Below are positions 24,265 through 36,300 of a stretch of DNA of 64,000 nucleotides, one piece after another. Position 1 is the stretch's first letter; each line of letters begins with the position of its first letter. The notes under the pieces are model-generated. The model had not been told where the DNA came from. It did no database searches and saw only the letters and a program-made list of their open reading frames with translations. The DNA is from Eledone cirrhosa (lineage: Eukaryota), in NCBI GenBank assembly GCA_964016885.1, contig OZ024744.1:78740001-78804000 (forward strand), read 5' to 3'. The position numbers and the translations under genes were made by a program.

Positions 24265-25385
24265 TTAGCTAACTTCCATTCTATTTTTTCCAAGATTTCT
24301 TCAGCAGCTATTAGAGTATAAAATTGCATGTATAACCTCTACAACTCTAGACAAATACTTAAATCTTTTCCTGTCATCATTCAGTAACAAAGATTGTAAA
24401 TAAATCCATAAAACATCAATTCTATGATACTTTACATCACAATCATTCATACTTGATGCTAAATTTACATCATCTCCATATTCAGAAACTAATGCTTCAC
24501 TCCCAAATATTGTGGGGGAATTATGTTATTTGGTAGTTAGTATTTGATAGTATTTTCGGGTATTTATTTATTTTGTTAGTCTAGCAATTTATTGTGATGC
24601 TTTTCACTTGCTGAACTAAAACAAGTAAAAAATAAATTACTGAATCTATCAACAAAATCAGAAACTTGGGAAAACTAAGCTGTTGCTCTTTCTGTAAAAT
24701 GAATAATGGATGTATTCCTTAGGTACTCACTCTAGGGTAGTGCTTTGTTGCAGCGTTTATGTAAAACTAGAATTTTTTCCATACACTGATTTGTATGTGT
24801 ATATGTGTGTGCATGTGTGTATGTGCATACGCATACATTTATATGTATGAGTATATAAATATAAACGTGCAAACACAGACACACTTACAAAAATACACAC
24901 TCACAGACATACATTCACACAAACACACACATGTTCACACAAACAACACACATATACGCATACACTCACATACAGCGTATTCTTTTCACCACCCCTTCCT
25001 TCCTTTTACAGACATACATTCATGCAGACAGCAGACATAAAGAGAGATAGTAGTATGAGGTAGTCAAACTACTCTCTCTTTATGCGTTCAGACAGAATCG
25101 CAGAAATTTATGTACAGATGCATAAACAGCTTTGACAAACTTAGATTTTTATTCAAATCCGAAAGATTTATTGAAATCTGAAAGATTTCCTTCATTAAAT
25201 AATTTGTTCATTGTGGATTTAGTTATAATCCCAATGAAGACATCCATGTAGCAAAAATCGTCTTTCATTAGAGACATTTTATTTTAAATGGCATCTAATT
25301 TTATAAATTTACTCACAAAGGTTTCTTAAGAAAAACAAATTAAAATTGGTAAAAGATGGCAAAACAGACTGTTAAAATAACAAAT
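24265..25385 (-). pseudogene. hAT-family transposase relic (interrupted by a repeat at 24767-25110)
   Basis: Minus-strand fragments LLF*QSVLPSFTNFNLF, VFIGIITKSTMNKLFNEG, FYINAA, DFVDRFSNL and YHRIDVLWIYLQ...RFKYLSRVVEVIHAILYSN (hAT C-terminal dimerisation-like). Confidence 0.6.
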
Positions 25386-25660
25386 ATATTTTAAACATAG
25401 TTTCTCTGAAGAAAGGAATATTAGGTCCTGAAATATTAGGACAGAAGAAAAAACAGAAACAACAACAAACAAAACAAAAATATTACCAGGTAACTAACTT
25501 TTTTGTTACCTCATCTCACAACCATTTGGCATTGTTTAGCCTTCTATCTCTTTTCACATTATATATCATATACAATGTTTCAAGCAAACTACATTTTAAA
25601 CATAGTGTTTGAAATGGTTAGTTTCAAAGGAATAAACCTGGGACACTTATCACAGAATAT

Positions 25661-25790
25661 GAAAATAAAAAAATAAAAAAATAAAAAAATAAAAAAATAA
25701 AAAAATAAAAAAATAAAAAAAATAAAAAAATAAAAAAATAAAAAAATAAAAAAATAAAAAAATAAAAAAAAATAAAAAAAATAAAAAAAT
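25661..25790. repeat. (AAAAAAT)n simple repeat
   Basis: Seen directly. Confidence 0.95.
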
Positions 25791-25827
25791 GCAGTGCATC
25801 AAAATATAGAAGAACCCTACCATTCCC

Positions 25828-26571
25828 GTGGAGGAACATCACCATCATCAACAACAACAACAACAACAGCGGCAACAGCAGCAACAACAACAACAACAAC
25901 AGCAGCAACAGCAGCAACAACAACAACAACAATCGACCAGTATAGATTTTGCAGAATTGCAGCAAATGATTTCTGCTTTAAGAAGGGAAGTAACAGGAAT
26001 AAAAGCAAGCATTCAGGTAGGACCCCACAATGTGGGGTCTTATCGGAATGCTTTGCTAAAGAATCTCCCTGTACCTTTTGCCGTATCTGGGCACACTGAG
26101 AAGACCATGGAATCTGCTACCCATAAAGTAATTGCCATTGGGGTACCAGAAGACAAGGCTGATCTTCAGGCATTTGCTGCCAGCTCAGCCAAAGACCTAG
26201 GCTATGTTCCCCCAAAGGGTGCTCTCTGCTTTGGTCAACCTGGTCCAAAACCCAGACTCATCAGGCTGTCTTTTTCGGACCCTGCTGAGGCAATTTCAAA
26301 TCATCTGGCCTCTGTTAAAGCAGGGCGTGAAAATCAGATTACCTTCCGAACACGCCCAAGCCTACCGTCTGATGTACATCCAAAGCTACATGCTGCAGCT
26401 TCCTTGAATTGGAACTCAGCACAACATGAAAGTTTTAGTCTGCGTGATGATGGGCAGATCTGGAGGTTTGTTAAGGCTGGTGAAACGTGGAAGAGAGATA
26501 CCAGCTGGTCTGAGTGCACTCTACCCACAATAACTGGCAATGAAAAAACTGCAACAATTCTGGGAAACTAA
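25828..26571 (+). CDS. LINE ORF1-like protein with poly-Q, coiled coil and RRM-like segment
   Basis: Open 247 aa upstream of the APE; LQQMISALRREVTGIK coil, VIAIGVPE and PRLIRLSF motifs. The true start codon is uncertain. Confidence 0.6.
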   Translation: MEEHHHHQQQQQQQRQQQQQQQQQQQQQQQQQQQQSTSIDFAELQQMISALRREVTGIKASIQVGPHNVGSYRNALLKNLPVPFAVSGHTEKTMESATHKVIAIGVPEDKADLQAFAASSAKDLGYVPPKGALCFGQPGPKPRLIRLSFSDPAEAISNHLASVKAGRENQITFRTRPSLPSDVHPKLHAAASLNWNSAQHESFSLRDDGQIWRFVKAGETWKRDTSWSECTLPTITGNEKTATILGN

Positions 26572-26619
26572 ACCAGAACAACCTGTCATCCTCTACATAC
26601 CGTCATAAACTGCAAGCAG

Positions 26620-29290
26620 GGTACAAATTGTTGTCCTTAAATGCTCGCAGTTTATGCAACAAGATACATCTGTTTAACTCCTACGTCAGAAGCATCGACC
26701 CTAACATGGGCACATTCTTTACTGTGATGGAGTTTTCAGCATTACTGGGTACAACCTGTTCTGCAAGGACTGCATTAATCACCGTGGTGATGGTGTGATG
26801 GTCTACGTTTGTTCAAATTTTTCGGTAATTCCTTGCGTTGATTTGAACGAATCACAAGAAGAAGTTTTTTTCTGTGACATACGTATGACCATGTCAACAT
26901 TTCTGCTTGGTGTTGTTTATCGCCCCCCAAACTACCATCAGGACACACAGCTTTGCGATATCCTCAGAGCTGCTGCCAGGAAAACAGCCACTTATGTATT
27001 TATTGCAGGTGACTTCAATCATCCTGAGATCGATTGGGAAACCTTTCGTTGGCCACAAAGTGCAAATGATTTCCTTGAGCTAGTGCTGGACTCAAACTGG
27101 TCACAAGTAGTCACCTCTCCAAGAAGAGGTGACAACTTTGGACCTGCTCTTCACCACTAGTCCTGAAGTGGTTATCAGTTGTACTACTGAGGAACCTCTA
27201 GGCGACTCTGATCATGCTATGATCATTGCAATCTGGCTCTTGCAGGCAGCAACAAAAACCAGAACCATCTCCAATCTGCTTGCCTTGATTGGAACTTGTA
27301 CTGCACTGAGATGTGAACACTATACTCCAGAGCATCTTGGACTCAATATGGATAGCATGTACAACATCAGTGCCACGTAAGCAGAAAAAAAACCACCCCA
27401 AAAGTGCAATTTGGGAAACTTCAGTGGTCCGACTTGCCAGGAAAGAACATCGGAATGCTGAACGGAAATATAAACTGCATAAATCAGATGCCAACAGAAA
27501 AAAGTGGAATAAATCTTCCAACCATCTCAAGCAAGTAACAAAAAAGGCAGTGCTTGAATTTGAACAGTGCATAGCAACCAATCCTGACAGTAAGGTGTTC
27601 TGGAAATATGTACATTCAAAGCAGGGACCTCACTCTCCAGTTGGCCCTCTTCGCAATCTCCACACAAGCCAGGTCACTGACGATCCCAAAGAATGCGCAG
27701 AACTCATTGCTGAGTGCTATGCAAACATTTTTACTGTTGAAAACCAGAATGTACCATCTCCACCATCAAATTCCATAACAACTATGGAATTTACACCTGC
27801 AATGCTGCGACGTCACCTTAAGAATAAGCGCAACTATGCCTCCCCTGGTCTTGATGGTGTTACATACCTGCTTCTCAAACGTGGCGGGTACTTCCTTTTG
27901 CACCAGCTTTCTTTCTTCTTTCAATACTGTCTCAACAATGGTGCTACTCTGGAGCAGTGGAAAACTGCCAGAGTCATTCCTCTGTTCAAAAAGGGCGACC
28001 GCACGTCACCTGTCAACTATCGTCCAGTCAGTCTTACTAGCTGTATTGCCAAACTGATAGAATCCTGTGTCAGAGAAACACTTTGGAACTTCTGGAGTTC
28101 TCACAGCCTCATCTGGCCCTCACAATTTGGATTTATCCCTAACTCCAGCTGCTGTGATCAGCTTATCGAGTTTCTTGAAGACATCACCTGGATCACTGAC
28201 AGCGGCTCATGGGTGGATGTTGTTTACCTTGACTTCGCTAAGGCTTTTAATTCTGTGCCACACAAAAGACTTATAGCGAAACTCTCTGGATTGGGTGTGA
28301 AGGATAATCTTTTTAACTGGTTGAAATCCTTCATTCTCAGCCGAAAAGAGGTAGTCACAGCTCTCGGACAGCATTCTTCACCATATGAGATGTCATCTGG
28401 TGTACCACAGGGATCTGTTCTTGGTCCCCTTTTGTTTGTTGCATACATTAATGACATAGAAGCCAACTTAAAGAATGCCACAGTACTGAAATATGTAGAT
28501 GACATCAAGCTGTACCTTGAAATCAAAAGGACAGATCCTGAAATCTATAACTCTTTCCTACAATCAGACCTGGACACAATGCAGCAATGGATCACAGACT
28601 GGCAACTGAAGCTGGCTGTGGACAAGTGTACCCCCATGCATTTTGGGAGGAAAAATCCAGCGTCCACATACTCCCTCCACAACACTGATATCAAGAAGTC
28701 CTCTTGTGAACATGACCTAGGCATTACTGTCAGCAGCAATTTGCGTTGGACAAAGCACATCTCTAAAATTGTCAAGAAGGCCGAGGGTGTCTTGGCATCA
28801 CTCAGCAAGACCTTTGTTAGCCGCTCTCCAGCCATCTATTTAAAGCTGTATACAGCTATGGTACGACAACACTTGGAATTCGCATCATCAGTCTGGAACC
28901 CCTATCTTGCTCAGAACATTGACCGCTTGGAAACTGTTCAGGGACGTGCAACCAAGTGCATACCCACCACCAGACACCTACCATACTCTGAACGTCTTGC
29001 TTCCCTGGGCATGGATTCATTGAAGCTTTGACATCTAGCAATGGAATTGGTAAACACCCACAAAGTTATTAACCATCTTGCTAACAACAACCCTGAGCAC
29101 CTTTTTGATCTCCGTGTGTCTAACACACGTGGACATGCCTACAAAGTCAGAAAACAGCACAGCTCCCATGACTTTCGGAAACATTTTTTCATACTTAGAG
29201 TTGCTGAAGCATGGAACAAACTGCCTGCGTCAGTTGTTAGCTGCTGAGACACTGCATCCTTTAAAACCATGCTTCCCGAAATTCGCCAAA
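26620..29290 (+). pseudogene. CR1 ORF2 (AP endonuclease-reverse transcriptase), disrupted
   Basis: NYRPVSLTS, QFGF, YLDFAKAFNSV, GVPQGSVLGPLLF and YVDD in the 572-aa block 27313-29031; frameshifts in the APE region; stops at 29029 and 29245. Confidence 0.9.
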
Positions 29291-29447
29291 ACTACACCTG
29301 ATGTACTCCTTCCATACACATGAACACATGTGTATATTATGACTAATGCACTGTTTGTACATTACCCTATGTACTAAACATACACTTTTGATGAGTTGTA
29401 GTGCACCTGAGCACTGTACACAATATTTTCATTATTATTATTAGTAT

Positions 29448-29940
29448 TTTAATTTATGCAAAAGGACGACTGTATGACACTTGTGTGCAAAGTGCAATGC
29501 TTTATGGTAGTGAAACATGGACTGTGACTGCAGAGGACATATGTAGACTGGAGTGAAATGAAGCAACCGTACTTCGTTGGATGTGCAATGTGTGAGAGCA
29601 AGGCAGAGCATGGATGAGTTGAGGGCGAAACTGGGTTTAAGAGGAATCCAAGGTGATATGCAGGAGAGAAGACTGCATTAGTATGGACATGTGATGTGCA
29701 TCAACAATAATCGTTGAGTGAAAAAATGCCAGGAAATGCCAGTGGAAGGAAGCCGTGGTAGAGGTAGATAAAGAAAGACCTGGGCAGAGGTTGTGAGAGA
29801 TAACCTCAAATCACTGACATTCACAGAGGCGATGACAAAGGATCGCTATGAGTGGAGAGATGCCATGCTGATAAGGACCCATCCAACCCATGCAAGCGTG
29901 GAAAAACAGCCGTAAAAACGATGATGATGATGATGATAAT
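29448..29940 (+). mobile_element. RTE LINE 3' fragment
   Basis: KGRLYDTCVQSAMLYGSETW...RWMC...KTWAEVV with stops; (GAT)n tail. Confidence 0.85.
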
Positions 29941-30469
29941 GCTGTTAAATGGAACTAAACATAGTCTTGTTTTTGTGATGAAGTTTTATAAAAGTTATAT
30001 CATCATCATCATCATCATCATTTTACGTCCGCTTTAAAATGATGATGATGATGATGATGATATATATACATATCTATACATACATACATATATATGAGTA
30101 TATGTGTGTTTGTGAAGACAATGGATGGAATATCTTTAATCATAGGATGTGATGGATCAGGGTTGAGTTGGTTACTAAACAACAACTTCATGCAAGTGTA
30201 TGTATGTGTGTGTATGTATGTGTGTATGAATGTTTCCATGTGTCTGTGAGCATATGTGAGTGTAAATTAATTCCACGTCTTCCATGAAAAATGTTTGACT
30301 CGTTTTAGCTTAAAATAAAATAAAACAATAGTAATACAACTAAAAAATAAAAACAAAAACAAGAAAATTCAACCTGATTGAATAAAGAAATTTATTTTGA
30401 TAATGGATCTGTAATTATAAAGTTTTCTCTTTAATCTTTCTACTTATAGATTTAGTATAATTTGCTATT

Positions 30470-31200
30470 TCACTCTCTGGCTCATTTCACACTAGGCTCA
30501 AACCCCATTGAGGATAGCTTTGTCTTTTATCATTTTGAGTTCGATCTCTCTGGCTCACTGCACTGTAGATTCAAACCCCTCTGAGAACAGCTTTGTCTTT
30601 CACAATATCGGTAGAGCATCAGACAACATGCTTCACAGCATAGAGTTATGGGCCTTTATGTTCAGTAGAGCATTGGACCACATGCTTTGCAGCATAGAGT
30701 TACAGGCCAGAGTTACAGGCCTTTATGTTCTGAGTTCAAACCCTGCCAATGTTAGCTTTGCCTTTCATCCTTATGGGGTTGATAAAATAAAGCACCAGTA
30801 ATACACTGGGGTTGATTTAATCAATTTTCCCCTCCCCTTCAAATTTCTGGCCTTGTACCTAAAGTAGAAACAATTATTTTGGACTCAAAATCTCTGGCTC
30901 ACTACACTCTAGGGTTAAAGCCGCTCAGAAGACAGCTTTGTCTTTCATTATCTTGGGCTTGATCTCTGTGGCTCACTGCACACTAAGGTTAAAACTCCAC
31001 TGAGGACAGCTTTGTCTTTCATTTTATTGGGCTTGATCTCTGTGGCTCACTGCACACTAAGGTTAAAACCCCACTGAGGAAGCTTTGTCTTTCATTATCT
31101 TGGGCTTGATCTCTGTGGCTCACTGCACACTAAGGTTAAAACCCCACTGAGGACAGCTTTGTCTTTCATTGATTTGTGCTCGATAAATAAAGTACCAGTC
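30470..31200 (+). repeat. Nin/Deu SINE (about 30605-30878) embedded in a ~74-bp SINE-derived tandem repeat
   Basis: gatctctgtggctcactgcacactaaggttaaaa..ccactgaggacagctttgtctttcatt at 30961, 31035 and 31108, with related copies upstream. Confidence 0.7.
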
Positions 31201-32669
31201 CAGGGTGGGTGGGTGGATCAGTGCAATTGGCAATTGTTAAAAGAGTCTAACAGGATGCTTTGTGGTATCTGATCTGGCTATGTGCATCCTGGGTTCAAAT
31301 CTACCCTTCTTCTGCCAGGAATTGAAACCAGCAGACAGTATCAGCAATGAAAAGACCAATGGAAAATTTGTTTCCTTGGTTCAATCTGATGACCAGCTCC
31401 TTTCCTTTTTATTTCAACTGTTGAGGACTTTGATAATTTATACTGTAAGCTTACTTTCCCTGTCCAACACATGCATGGATGGAAAAGCTAGACATTCTCT
31501 ACAATATACTGCCAAGTGAAACTCCCTCCCTTCAAAGTCCCCCATCTCCTATGACATGCTGCTCCCTCAGCGAAAGACATTCAGTCCACCCTGTAAAAAG
31601 AAAAGCACCCAATCCACCATATAAGGTTGTACACTTGCCACGACAAAAAGCATTCAGCCCCTCCCTCCCCCCCCCCCCCCCACACACACACACCCGATTA
31701 GGGTTAGTGGTAGTGCCAGTACAGCCTGTAATGTGGTTGGCATTAGGAAGGGCATTCTGCCATAGAATGGATCATGTGAGCAAAACATGGCCAGCTAACC
31801 TGTCTAACCTCATAACATGACAACCTATCTAACCCATGTAAACATGGAAAATAGATATTAAACCATGGTGGTGGTGGTGGTCGTGATAGCGATGACGATG
31901 ATGATGATGATTCAAATTACATTGGAAATTATACTATTTTTATCTTGTACAAAAAGTACTATATCTTCCAGTGTTTATTTTTTCTTTATCTGAGAAATTA
32001 TGCTGCTAAGTAGATAAAAGATATTTATTAAGATAAGAACATGACATGCCGAAATTTAGATAACTTTAAAGGATTAAATTCTCAATACCTCGACTGCATT
32101 TATATATGGGTTAAGTGCGCTCTAATTCAAGACCTCATAAGTCAGATTGGGGATCACTCCTGTTTTAAATATATATATATATGTATATATATGAATACTA
32201 AAAAAATTGGAGTATTCTCAGCGCTAGGGGTAGCCGTAAACAGCTGCATACTATATGCATAGTAAAATTTTGGGGGAGGGATAAGATATGACCTCAAATT
32301 GAACGGAGAGTGAGAGAGAACGAAAGAAAGAGAGTCTAAAGTATAAGATGAGAAAAATGGGGACGAAAACGATGGAGCAGGACTTATGGAGAAAAACGAA
32401 GAGATGGACAGAAAGATGGAGAGAATAAACTAACAAGAAAAAGGAACTTTAGCGTTATCTGAATTGTCAGCTTCCCACAATATTTTTGCATAGTTTCTTG
32501 CAGGAGGGAAGGACTATAACTGGAAATATTGCCCGCTCACCAGAAATTAAATCTCTGTTGTTCAAACGCGAATATATATATATATATATATAACGAAGGA
32601 GGTGTGGAAAGGAACCAGATGGACCATAATGCACCAGAGTACTCAATACATAGAATAATAAAGTGGGTA

Positions 32670-32786
32670 ATAGGAAAATGTTTGACCCTGACGGCAGAGC
32701 TCAAGCCGTTTTGACGGTTATTTCTAGTCCAGAAATAGCCGTCGAAATGGCTTGAGCTCTGCCGTCTGGGTCAAACATTTTCCTAT
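32670..32786. repeat. 56-bp-arm inverted repeat (hairpin) inside a (TA)n-flanked insert
   Basis: 32670-32725 pairs with 32731-32786 around a 5-nt loop. Confidence 0.9.
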
Positions 32787-32801
32787 ATATATATATATAT
32801 A

Positions 32802-33141
32802 ATCATCATCATCATCATTTTACGTCTGCTTTTCCCTGCTTGCAAGTGTTGGACGGGAACTGATTCTGGCTTGATTTATACAGCTGGATGCCCTTCCTAA
32901 CACCAACCTCGTTTACAGTGAGTGCTGGGTATATTTTTGCTGTGGCACCTCCACGACCACTTTGCAGCGGAATGATATGGACCCCAATCCCTATCATCTC
33001 ATTTCTACAGCTAAGTAAACTAGAGCAATGTGAAATAAAGTGTCTTGCTCAAGGAAACAACACATCACCCGGTCTGAGAATTGAACTCACAACCTTTCGA
33101 TTGCAAGGCCAATGCTCTAACCACTAAGCCATGTGCCTCCA
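32802..33141 (-). mobile_element. tRNA-headed CORE/Meta-type SINE with RTE tail
   Basis: Reverse-complement close homolog of 23918-24252, complete with a GGAGGCACATGGCTTAGTGG 5' head. Confidence 0.85.
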
Positions 33142-33321
33142 TATATATAATATAATTAAAATATAGCCCTGAAACATGATATTTTTGTCAAAATTTAGAA
33201 TATTGTAATTCTTACTAAATACATTGCCTTTTCTTCTTTGGATGTCACCTCTGTTTTTAAAGATTGGCATGAATTGATGTTGGAAACTATGTGTAGGCCT
33301 ACATTAATATATTTTCAATTT

Positions 33322-36300
33322 TCATTTGGTTTTTGTTACTGCTGTCATGGTTGTTACTGCTGTCATGGTTGTTACTGCTGTTGTGGTTGTTACAGCTGTC
33401 ATGGTTGTTACTGCTGTTGTGGTTGTTACTGCTGTCATGGTTGTTACTGCTGTCATGGTTGTTACTGCTGTTGTGATTCTTACTGCTGTTGTGGTTGTTA
33501 CTGCTGCCGTGGTTGTTACTGCTGTTGTGGTTGTTACTGCTGTTGTGGTTGTTACTGCTGTCATGGTTGTTACTGCTGTTGTGGTTGTTACTGCTGTCAT
33601 GGTTGTTACTGCTGTTGTGGTTGTTACTGCTGTCATGGTTGTTACTGCTGTTGTGGTTGTTACTGCTGTCATGGTTGTTACTGCTGTTGTGGTTGTTACT
33701 GCTGTCATGGTTGTTACTGCTGTTGTGGTTGTTACTACTGTTGTGGTTGTTACTGCTGTTGTGGTTGTTACTGCTGTTGTGGTTGTTACTGCTGTCATGG
33801 TTGTTACTGCTGTTGTGGTTGTTACTGCTCTTGTGGTTGTTACTGTTGTCATGGTTGTTACTGCTGTTGTGGTTGTTACTGTTGTCATGGTTGTTACTGC
33901 TGTTGTGGTTGTTACTGCTGTTGTGGTTGTTACTGCTGTCATGGTTGTTACTACTGTTGTGGTTGTTACTGCTGTTGTGGTTGTTACTGCTGTTGTGGTT
34001 GTTACTGCTGTTGTGGTTGTTACTACCGTCATAGTTGTTACTACTGTCATGGTTGTTACTACTGTTGTGGTTGTTACTGCTGTTGTGGTTGTTACTGCTG
34101 TTGTGGTTGTTACTGCTGTTGTGGTTGTTACTGCTGTCATGGTTGTTACTGCTGTCATAGTTGTTACTACTGTTGTGGTTGTTACTGCTGTCATAGTTGT
34201 TACTGCTGTTGTGGTTGTTACTGCTGTTGTGGTCGTTACTGCTGTTGTGGTTGTTACTGCTATTGTGGTTGTTACTGTTGTCATGGTTGTTACTGCTGTT
34301 GTGGTTGTTACTACTGTCATGGTTGTTACTACTGTTGTGGTTGTTACTGCTGTTGTGGTTGTTACGGCTGTTGTGGTTGTTACTGTTGTCATGGTTGTTA
34401 CTGCTGTTGTGGTTGTTACTGCTGTCATGGTTGTTACTACTGTTGTGGTTGTTACTATTGTTGTGGTTGTTACTGCTGTTGTGGTTGTTACTGCTGTCAT
34501 GGTTGTTACTGCTGTTGTGGTTGTTATTGCTGTCATGGTTGCTACTGCTGTTGTGGTTGTTACTACTGTTGTGGTTGTTACTGTTGTTGTGGTTGTGACT
34601 GCTGTTGTGGTTGTTACTGCTGTCATGGTTGTTACTGCTGTTGTGGTCGTTACTGCTGTTGTGGTTGTTACTGCTATTGTGGTTGTTACTGTTGTCATGG
34701 TTGTTACTGCTGTTGTGGTTGTTACTACTGTCATGGTTGTTACTACTGTTGTGGTTGTTACTGCTGTTGTGGTTGTTACGGCTGTTGTGGTTGTTACTGT
34801 TGTCATGGTTGTTACTGCTGTTGTGGTTGTTACTGCTGTCATGGTTGTTACTGCTGTTGTGGTTGTTACTGCTGTTGTGGTTGTTACTGCTGTCATGGTT
34901 GTTACTGCTGTTGTGGTTGTTACTGCTGTCATGGTTGTTACTGCTGTTGTGGTTGTTACTACTGTCATGGTTGTTACTACTGTTGTGGTTGTTACTGCTG
35001 TTGTGGTTGTTACTGCTGTTGTGGTTGTTACTGTTGTCATGGTTGTTACTGCTGTCATGGTTGTTACTGCTGTTGTGGTTGTTACTGCTGTTGTGGTTGT
35101 TACTGCTGTCATGGTTGTTACTGCTGTTGTGGTTGTTACTGCTGTCATGGTTGTTACTGCTGTTGTGGTTGTTACTGCTGTCATGGTTGTTACTGCTGTT
35201 GTGGTTGTTACTGCTGTCATGGTTATTACTGCTGTTGTGGTTGTTACTGCTGTCATGGTTGTTACTGCTGTTGTGGTTGTTACTACTGTTGTGGTTGTTA
35301 CTGCTGTTGTGGTTGTTACTGCTGTCATGGTTGTTACTGCTGTTGTGGTTGTTACTGCTCTTGTGGTTGTTACTGTTGTCATGGTTGTTACTGCTGTTGT
35401 GGTTGTTACTGTTGTCATGGTTGTTACTGCTGTTGTGGTTGTTACTACTGTCATGGTTGTTACTACTGTTGTGGTTGTTACTGCTGTTGTGGTTGTTACT
35501 GCTGGTGTGGTTGTTACTGCTGTTGTGGTTGTTACTGCTGTTGTGGTTGTTACTGCTGTCATGGTTGTTACTGCTGTTGTGGTTGTTACTGCTGTTGTGG
35601 TTGTTACTGCTGTTGTGGTTGTTACTGCTGTCATGGTTGTTACTGCTATTGTGGTTGTTACTGCTGTTGTGGTTGTTACTGCTGTTGTGGTTGTTACTGC
35701 TGTCATGGTTGTTACTACTGTTGTGGTTGTTACTGCTGTTGTGGTTGTTACTGCTGTTGTGGTTGTTACTGCTGTTGTGGTTGTTACTACTGTCATAGTT
35801 GTTACTACTGTCATGGTTGTTACTACTGTTGTGGTTGTTACTGCTGTTGTGGTTGTTACTGCTGTTGTGGTTGAACTGCTGTTGTGGTTGTTACTGCTGC
35901 CATGGTTGTTACTGCTGTCATAGTTGTTACTACTGTTGTGGTTGTTACTGCTGTCATAGTTGTTACTGCTGTTGTGGTTGTTACTGCTGTTGTGGTCGTT
36001 ACTGCTGTTGTGGTTGTTACTGCTATTGTGGTTGTTACTGTTGTCATGGTTGTTACTGCTGTTGTGGTTGTTACTACTGTCATGGTTGTTACTACTGTTG
36101 TGGTTGTTACTGCTGTTGTGGTTGTTACGGCTGTTGTGGTTGTTACTGTTGTCATGGTTGTTACTGCTGTTGTGGTTGTTACTGCTGTCATGGTTGTTAC
36201 TACTGTTGTGGTTGTTACTATTGTTGTGGTTGTTACTGCTGTTGTGGTTGTTACTGCTGTCATAGTTGTTACTACTGTCATGGTTGTTACTACTGTTGTG

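Larger units (their letters stand above)
25791..29444 (+). mobile_element. Near full-length, decayed CR1-clade LINE
   Basis: ORF1 25828-26571; APE motifs (SLNARSL, YRPPN, GDFNHP, LDLLFT, SDH); RT motifs; CR1-type C-terminus RGHAYKV...FFILRVAEAWNKLP; (ATT)n tail 29431-29443. Confidence 0.9.

Noticed and set aside
24731-24766. 36-nt micro-exon (FYINAATKHYPR) with a gtgagt donor on the minus strand
   Set aside because: The acceptor belongs to an inserted repeat and lacks a pyrimidine tract; the peptide fits the surrounding hAT transposase relic.
25401-25450. Hammerhead-like CTGAAGA-AGGA..TCCT-GAAA
   Set aside because: No valid stem III or NUH cleavage site; at best a dead PLE remnant.
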